From NCBI GenBank assembly GCA_965203905.1, contig CBDBDQ010000005.1:3680001-3744000 (forward strand): 64,000 nt of DNA. Direction: 5' to 3'. The notes under the pieces were generated by a model that saw only the letters and a list, made by a program, of their open reading frames with translations, was not told the origin of the DNA and did no database searches. Positions 58,088 to 64,000 of the stretch are shown piece after piece. The DNA comes from Spirochaetia bacterium (GTDB taxonomy: Bacteria; Spirochaetota; Spirochaetia; SZUA-6; Bin103). Position 1 is the first letter of the stretch. Every line of letters starts with the position of its first letter. A program made the position numbers and the translations under genes.

Positions 58088-59056
58088 ATGCGGATCGCCA
58101 ACCCGATGTACGACGCCGCCTTCAAGTACCTGATGGACGACCAGGCGGCCGCGCGGCTGCTGGTCGGGGCCGTGCTGGGCGAGGAAGTGGTGAGCCTGGA
58201 GGCGCTGCCGCAGGAGCGCGCGGCGCGGCCGTCGCCGGCGCCGACGGAGGGCGAGCCGCCGTCGGGGGAGATCCTGACGGTGCGACGGGTGGACTTCGCG
58301 GCCACGGTGCGTACGTCATCGGGTGAGCGGCTGCGGGTGCTGGTGGAGGTGCAGAAGGCGCGCTTCACCGACGAGGTGATGCGGTTCCGCGAGTACCTGG
58401 GGCGCCACTACGCTGACCGCGACAACTACGACGAGGGCGCGGACGGACGGCGGCGGCATCGCCCATTGCGGGCGATCTACATCCTGGGAGAGTGCCTGCC
58501 GCGCACGGCGACGACGGTGCTGCGGGTGGCGCGGGAGTACGTGGACGGGGTGAGCGGGGAGCGGCTGAGCGAGCGGGAGGAGTTCGTGGAAGCGTCGAGC
58601 CACGACTGCTGGGTGGTGCAGGTGCCTTTGCTGGCGTCGCGGCGGCGGACGGACCTGGAGCGGCTGCTGAGCGTGTTCGACCAGGAGTTGCAAGTGCCGG
58701 GCGAGCGGCACGTTCTGGATGTGAACGTGCGCGAGATACCGGAGCGCTACGATCCGGTGCTGCGGCGGCTGGAGGGAGCCGTCGCGAGCGTGGAGGTGGC
58801 GGACTCGATGGCGCTGGAGGACGAGGTCGCGGAGACGTGGGGGCGGATGAAGCGGGAGAACGCGGCGAAGGACGTGGCACTTGCCGAGAAGGACGCGGCG
58901 CTGGAGCGAGGCCGCACGGCGCTCGCCGAGAAGGATGCGGCGCTGGAGCGAGACCGCGCGGCGCTCGCCGAAAAGGACGCGGCGCTCACCGTGGCTGAGC
59001 AGCGGACCGCGGAACTGGAGCGCCGGCTGGCGGAGTTGGGCGGCGACGGCGATTGA
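58088..59056 (+). CDS. Rpn-like PD-(D/E)XK nuclease with a C-terminal coiled-coil repeat
   Basis: ANPMYDAAFKYLM and RVDF...LVEVQK; TTGCCG-17-TAATCT-6-ATG promoter; ALAEKDAAL repeats at 58877-58987. Confidence 0.8.
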   Translation: MRIANPMYDAAFKYLMDDQAAARLLVGAVLGEEVVSLEALPQERAARPSPAPTEGEPPSGEILTVRRVDFAATVRTSSGERLRVLVEVQKARFTDEVMRFREYLGRHYADRDNYDEGADGRRRHRPLRAIYILGECLPRTATTVLRVAREYVDGVSGERLSEREEFVEASSHDCWVVQVPLLASRRRTDLERLLSVFDQELQVPGERHVLDVNVREIPERYDPVLRRLEGAVASVEVADSMALEDEVAETWGRMKRENAAKDVALAEKDAALERGRTALAEKDAALERDRAALAEKDAALTVAEQRTAELERRLAELGGDGD

Positions 59057-59080
59057 ACCGCCGCGATTCTCCGGCTCCTA

Positions 59081-59119
59081 CCCGGAGGCCGCTCGCCGCG
59101 CGGCGTCGCGGTCTCCGGG
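59081..59119 (-). terminator. Conserved hairpin downstream of SBP copy 2
   Basis: CCCGGAGGCCGC...GCGGTCTCCGGG. Confidence 0.5.
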
Positions 59120-59138
59120 CAGTGCGGCAGGGTCGGTG

Positions 59139-60698
59139 CTACATCTCGGCGTGCTTGGCGCGTGCCTCCGCCAGCACGGCTTCGCCACCGGCGCGCATCC
59201 ACTGCGCGACGTAGGTGTCCCAGTCGCCGTCGGTATCGGCGTCGCCGGTGATCGCCTTCCACAGGTACTCTTCGCGCACGCGCGCCATGTCGGCGCGGTG
59301 CTGGTTCTGGGTCTCCAGCACCCAGCCGTGGCCGAGCGCCGGGGTGATGATGTCGTAGCTCTCCTGGCGCGCCGCCATCTCCTCGGCCTCGCTGCCGAAC
59401 GAGGCGGTGAACATCCAGCCGTAGCGGATGTTGGTCAGGAAGAACTTCACCCCCAGGTCGCCCTGCGCCTCCAGATCCATGCCCGGCAGGAACTGGCGCA
59501 TGCCGCCGTCGTCGAACTCGAAGTGCTCGCCTTCGATGCCGGACCAGATCAGGTTGTGGTAGAAGGGATCGGCCATCTGCAGCTCGATCACGCCGAGGAT
59601 CTTCTCCAGCACCAGGTCGCTGGTGTCCTTGCCGACGGTGTGGTACATCCACAGTGCCGGGCGCAACTCCCAGGTCGGCTGGTGGCCGGCGGCGGTCAAC
59701 TGGCCCAGATATTCCACGCGGGCATCGGGATCCTTCTCGAACAGATTGGGGAACCAGGTGCCGGGCCGGTACGTGGGCAATACCCAGGTCCAGGAATCGC
59801 CGGCAAAGCCGACGCGACCGTCCTGGAACAGGGTGCCGACCGCTTGCTTGTTGGGCAGCGTGACATCGGGGTGGATCACCCCGGCCTCCCACATGCCGTT
59901 CATCCAGCGCAGGAAGTCGCGGAAGCCTTCGGTGACCTCGAAGAACATGATCTCGCCGGTCGCGGGGTCGAGGTAGGGCCGGTCGACGTGCTCGTAGCCG
60001 AACGCCGCCAGAAAGGTGCGCAGGCTGCTGGTCCAGCTCCCCGGGGAGGTAGCCGAGGTGGCGATGCCCCAGGTGTTCTTCTCGCCGTCGCCGTCGGGAT
60101 CGTCGTAGGTGAACTGGCGCGCCACCTCGGCGAACTCTGCCACGGTGGTCGGCACCGATGCGCCGACCGCGTCCAGCCAGTCGCCGCGCGCCACAAGCTG
60201 GTGCTTGATCTCGGTGCCGCCGTTGGGCAGCGCCCACAGCGTCTCGGTGTCCTTGTCCCAGGAGGGGAAGTCGAACCAGATCCCCTCCACCGAGCCGTTG
60301 GCGTAGTCGCGCCAGTAGGTGGGGGCGTGCTGCTTGACCATGTCGAGCGGGATCTCGCGCAGCAACCCCTCGTCCTGGTAGCGCAGCATGTTGTTCTGGC
60401 TGGCCAGGATGTGGTCGGGAATCTCGCCGGTCGCGAACAGCAGGTTCATCTCCTCGGCGCTTACGAAGTCTACCTTGACCGGGCGCAGGTCGATGTTCAG
60501 CGCCTTGTTGAACTCCTGGATGATGCGGCTGTCCGGCTGCGGGTAGATCTTTGCACCCGCCGTCACGAAGCGCGCCCCCAACCAGTTGACCACGACCGGC
60601 CCCTCGTCCGCGGTGGCGGTCTCTGCCTCCGATGCGGCGAACGCTACCGGTGTCGCCGCAACCAGGACTGCGATTGCTATTACGGTGAGTCTTCTCAC
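59139..60698 (-). CDS. Extracellular solute-binding protein, copy 2
   Basis: Collinear close paralog of 56364-57926. Confidence 0.9.
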   Translation of the reverse strand: MRRLTVIAIAVLVAATPVAFAASEAETATADEGPVVVNWLGARFVTAGAKIYPQPDSRIIQEFNKALNIDLRPVKVDFVSAEEMNLLFATGEIPDHILASQNNMLRYQDEGLLREIPLDMVKQHAPTYWRDYANGSVEGIWFDFPSWDKDTETLWALPNGGTEIKHQLVARGDWLDAVGASVPTTVAEFAEVARQFTYDDPDGDGEKNTWGIATSATSPGSWTSSLRTFLAAFGYEHVDRPYLDPATGEIMFFEVTEGFRDFLRWMNGMWEAGVIHPDVTLPNKQAVGTLFQDGRVGFAGDSWTWVLPTYRPGTWFPNLFEKDPDARVEYLGQLTAAGHQPTWELRPALWMYHTVGKDTSDLVLEKILGVIELQMADPFYHNLIWSGIEGEHFEFDDGGMRQFLPGMDLEAQGDLGVKFFLTNIRYGWMFTASFGSEAEEMAARQESYDIITPALGHGWVLETQNQHRADMARVREEYLWKAITGDADTDGDWDTYVAQWMRAGGEAVLAEARAKHAEM

Positions 60699-60795
60699 GT
60701 CGTATCTCCTTGTGTGGATAGATGATGTAGTTTGGCAGTCAAACCGCCCCTACCCCCGTAACACGGGGCTCGTCATCTTGTCTATGAGCCTATCA
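60699..60795 (-). promoter_or_regulatory. Conserved promoter and 5' leader of SBP copy 2
   Basis: Homologous to 57927-58020. Confidence 0.55.
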
Positions 60796-60864
60796 TGACA
60801 CACTGCACGATGTGTCGCTGCTTGTGCCGACACCTCGTCACACCCGGAAGTCAGCGCGCCCCGC

Positions 60865-61055
60865 CTACCGCACACGGCACAGATCGTTCCTTCGGAGCAG
60901 CCGCCTGTGGCTATCCTGAATCTGTCCCCCGGCATGCGTGGAATAGATCTTGCCGCGTGGTCTGTTGATAAGGTCTCGGTTTCCGAAATCCTGGTGCAGG
61001 GTCAAGTCGTTCGAATACAACAGGCGGGCGCCGCTTACCTGCGCCAAGGCGAGAC
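60865..61055 (-). pseudogene. C-terminal remnant of a PIN-like protein
   Basis: LALAQVSGARLLYSNDLTLHQDF...PRGKIYS, with no start of its own. Confidence 0.55.
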
Positions 61056-62377
61056 AGCCCCAACGATCTGCGAGTCTCGTCCATAAAAAACTGCCGGTAG
61101 CCGTCGGGCGCATCCAGGATGTTGCCTTCGCCGTCGATCCTGAGCGAGTGAATGCGCACATCCAGCCGTTGACGCTCGAAGAACAGGATGGAGACGTCCT
61201 CCGGCTGCAGCGTGGTGGCCCCGTCTCGTACGTCCATCCGCACGCGATCGAGCAGATGGTCACTGTGGGTCTCCACCACTAACTGGCGATCTCGCTGTGC
61301 GCTCTGGCAGAACAAGCTGCCGAGGGCGGCCTGGGCGCTCGGATGGAGATGCACTTCCGGCTGCTGCAACAGCAGCAGTGGAGCGGTCTCCTTCCGCAGG
61401 AGTTCGATAATGACCGGCAACACCTGACTGACGCCGTAGCCGACATCGATCAGGTTCCGGCGGGGGCCCTTCAGCTTGCCGCTGTACTTCCTGACCTGTA
61501 CTTGGAACGGCTCGCCCTCCCTACGTCCGAGCTGCCTGATGGAGACTTCGTCGAACAACCCCGACGATTGTCCGAATCTCTCAAGCATGACTTTGATACG
61601 TTCCCACTCCGGCCGGTCTCGAACGTAGACATCGGCGAGGTACATGGGGATGTAGTCTCCCTCCGCGTCGGCGGTGGAACGCGCAGGATCGTACGTGCGC
61701 CGTGGCTTGGACCGAACCGGGGCGCTTGCAAATGGATGCCATCTGGAAACATGATGGCGATCCATATCCCAGGAGGCGACAAACTCGTCGAGTTCGTCGT
61801 CGTCCTCTTGCGTGAATGGCAAGGAGCCCTCCGGCAAGGATGGTGCGTCCAGCGTTATTGCCGAGCGTTCGGCAGACAGCCAGAACGCAATGAGTGAGGC
61901 TGCGAAGCCATCGTCTATCGAAGTTCTGCGGTCCTGCGACAACGGGAGTTCCCATGCACCACGTCCAGTTCCCGCTCGTAGTGCGCACAGCCTGTTCCCT
62001 TCCCAAAGCTGCTCAATCCACAGATTCCCGCTCTTGATGACCTTGCGAACGGGAACCGGAGCCGTCCCCTGTTTGCCGAAGGTGACCGCGAAGTGATAGG
62101 CGTCGGCGTCAAACCCCGCTTCGAAGGTGTCGGGGTGGCCCGTCCGCCCGCCACGATGGTGGGCGATCTCCTCGAAGCTCCCCAGGTCGTAGGGAGCTTC
62201 CTTGAAGTCCGGTACCCGATTCCCGACGCCAACGTCCCACAGCGCCCGGATCAGGGCCAGGAAGGAAGTCTTGCCGGTGCTGTTGTCGCCGACGAGCAGG
62301 GTCAGCGGGGCGAGGCGCGCCGTCTGCCGTTCGTGGAAGCAGCGAAAGTTCTGCAGCGTAATGGTTTTCAGCTTCAT
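60911..62377 (-). CDS. AAA/ABC-type ATPase (AAA_21, DUF3696-like C-terminus), stop apparently lost by deletion
   Basis: LQNFRCF, VGDNSTGKTS, DVGYGVSQVLP, QQPEVHLHPSAQ and VETHSDHL. Confidence 0.85.
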   Translation of the reverse strand: MKLKTITLQNFRCFHERQTARLAPLTLLVGDNSTGKTSFLALIRALWDVGVGNRVPDFKEAPYDLGSFEEIAHHRGGRTGHPDTFEAGFDADAYHFAVTFGKQGTAPVPVRKVIKSGNLWIEQLWEGNRLCALRAGTGRGAWELPLSQDRRTSIDDGFAASLIAFWLSAERSAITLDAPSLPEGSLPFTQEDDDELDEFVASWDMDRHHVSRWHPFASAPVRSKPRRTYDPARSTADAEGDYIPMYLADVYVRDRPEWERIKVMLERFGQSSGLFDEVSIRQLGRREGEPFQVQVRKYSGKLKGPRRNLIDVGYGVSQVLPVIIELLRKETAPLLLLQQPEVHLHPSAQAALGSLFCQSAQRDRQLVVETHSDHLLDRVRMDVRDGATTLQPEDVSILFFERQRLDVRIHSLRIDGEGNILDAPDGYRQFFMDETRRSLGLSRLGAGKRRPPVVFERLDPAPGFRKPRPYQQTTRQDLFHACRGTDSG

Positions 62378-62572
62378 GTGCGGCGCCTCGATGGCCGCTC
62401 CAGCGTGGTCATCGCGTCGCATCATAGCCGCGGCAAGCGGGAGCGGCGACGACCTTACATCTTCACCGGGGCTATCGGGTCGCCGATCCGTTGCTCGCCG
62501 CCTACCTCCGCCGCTACCGGTAGCACGGGCACGTGGCCGCCGCGGCAGCGGGGCGCTACCGGCCAGCCACCA

Positions 62573-62611
62573 CCCGGAGGCCGCTCGCCGTGCGGCGTCG
62601 CGGTCTCCGGG
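62573..62611 (-). terminator. Conserved hairpin downstream of SBP copy 3
   Basis: CCCGGAGGCCGC...GCGGTCTCCGGG, near-identical to 59081-59119. Confidence 0.5.
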
Positions 62612-62630
62612 CAGTGTGGCAGGCGCGCTG

Positions 62631-64000
62631 CTACATTTCGGCGTGCTGGGCGCGTGCCTCCGCGAGCACGGTCTCGCCACCGGCGCGCATCCACTGCTCC
62701 ACGTAGGTGTCCCAGTCGCCCTCGGTGTCGGCGTCGCCGGTGATCGCCTTCCACAGGTACTCTTCGCGCACCCGAGCCATGTCGGCGCGGTGGTCGTTCT
62801 GGGTCTCCAGCACCCAGCCGTGGCCGAGCGCCGGCGCGATGATGTTGTAGCTCTCCTGGCGCTCCACCATCTCCTCGGCCTCGCGGCCGAACGAGGCGGT
62901 GAACATCCAGCCGTAGCGGATGTTGGTGAGGAAGAACAGCACTCCCAGGTCGCCCTGCGCCTCCATGCTCTGCATGTGCGGCAGGTAGTGGCGCATGCCG
63001 CCCTCGTCGAACTCGAAGTGCTCGCCCTCGACGCCGTGCCAGATCAGGTTGTGGTAGAAGGGATCGGCTATCTGCAGCTCGATCAACTCGATGATCTTCT
63101 GCAGTTGCAGGTCGCTGGTGTCCTTGCCGATGGTGTGGTAGGTCCACAGCGCCGGGCGCAGCTCCCAGACCGGTTCGTGGCCGGCTGCTCTCAGCTCGCC
63201 GAGGTACGCCACGCGGGCGTCGGGGTCCTTCTCGAACAGGTTGTAGAACCACATGCCGGGACGGTACTTGGGCAGCACCCAGGTCCAGGTGTCGCCGGCG
63301 AAGCCGACGTGGCCGTCCTGGAACAGCGTACCGACGGTCTGCTTGTCCGGCAGCGTGATGTCGGGATGGATCACGCCCGCCTCCCACACTTCGTTCATCC
63401 AGCGCAGGAAGTCGCGGAACCCCTCGGTGACCTCGAAGAAGGTGATCTCGCCGGTCGTGGGATCGAGGTAGGGCCGCTCGATGTGCTCATAGCCGAACGC
63501 CGCCAGGAAGGTGCGCAGGCTGCTGGTCCAGCTTCCCGGAGACGTGGCCGAGGTGGCGATGCCCCAGGTGTTCTTCTCGCCGTCGCCGTCGGGATCGTCG
63601 AAGGTGAACTGGCGCGCCACCTCGGCGAACTCCTCCACGGTGGTCGGCACCGACGCCCCTACCGCGTCCAGCCAGTCGGCGCGCGCCACGAGCTGGTGCT
63701 TGATCTCCAGGCCGCCGTTGGGCAGCGCCCACAGCGTCTCGGTGTCCTTGTCCCAGGAGGGGAACTCGAACCAGACCCCCTCCACCATGTCATTGGCATA
63801 GTCGCGCCAGTAGGTGGGGGCGTACTGCTTGACCATGTCGAGCGGGATCTCGCGCAGCAGCCCCTCGTCCTTGTAGCGCAGCATGTTGTTCTGGGTGGCC
63901 AGCATGTGGTCGGGAATCTCGCCGGTCGCGAACAGCAGGTTCATCTCCTCGGCGCTGAAGGCGTCGGACTTGACCGCGCGCAGGTCGACGTTCAGCGCCT
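62631..64000 (-). CDS. Extracellular solute-binding protein, copy 3 (5' end outside window)
   Basis: Collinear close paralog of copies 1 and 2; frame open to the window end. Confidence 0.9.
   Translation of the reverse strand, partial: ALNVDLRAVKSDAFSAEEMNLLFATGEIPDHMLATQNNMLRYKDEGLLREIPLDMVKQYAPTYWRDYANDMVEGVWFEFPSWDKDTETLWALPNGGLEIKHQLVARADWLDAVGASVPTTVEEFAEVARQFTFDDPDGDGEKNTWGIATSATSPGSWTSSLRTFLAAFGYEHIERPYLDPTTGEITFFEVTEGFRDFLRWMNEVWEAGVIHPDITLPDKQTVGTLFQDGHVGFAGDTWTWVLPKYRPGMWFYNLFEKDPDARVAYLGELRAAGHEPVWELRPALWTYHTIGKDTSDLQLQKIIELIELQIADPFYHNLIWHGVEGEHFEFDEGGMRHYLPHMQSMEAQGDLGVLFFLTNIRYGWMFTASFGREAEEMVERQESYNIIAPALGHGWVLETQNDHRADMARVREEYLWKAITGDADTEGDWDTYVEQWMRAGGETVLAEARAQHAEM

Noticed and set aside
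58877-58987. 42-bp repeats in the Rpn-like gene as a separate element
   Set aside because: These are coding coiled-coil repeats, common at Rpn C-termini.
56364-64000. Diversity-generating retroelement behind the SBP variation
   Set aside because: There is no reverse transcriptase in the window, and differences are spread in blocks with no adenine-specific TR/VR pair.

Overview
This is a high-GC bacterial chromosomal segment. The signal-peptide style of the solute-binding proteins and the gene families present resemble a Spirochaetaceae-like host-associated lineage, but that assignment is inference only. The backbone is nutrient uptake and catabolism: several peptide/nickel-type ABC importer clusters, two heterodimeric ABC exporters, three PhyH and one TauD dioxygenase, a sulfatase, a sialidase-like protein, SDRs, an amidohydrolase, and a vanadium haloperoxidase behind a two-component system. 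Small selfish or defence cassettes are densely interspersed: four vapBC pairs, HEPN-MNT, a HicA-like triplet, an aspartyl-protease pair, an orphan ParA, an Rpn-like nuclease, an AAA ATPase with a PIN remnant, an SNF2 helicase pseudogene and tandem PP2C phosphatases. Two structures read directly from the DNA stand out. (1) A 2,465-bp non-autonomous ISKra4/ISLre2-type element (16708-19172) has terminal inverted repeats and a perfect 9-bp target-site duplication, and it carries an intact HNH endonuclease gene. (2) A tandem array of at least three block-mosaic solute-binding-protein paralogs (56364-64000) has a different passenger gene between copies, one of them a PD-(D/E)XK Rpn-like nuclease. 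No rRNA, convincing tRNA or CRISPR array was seen.
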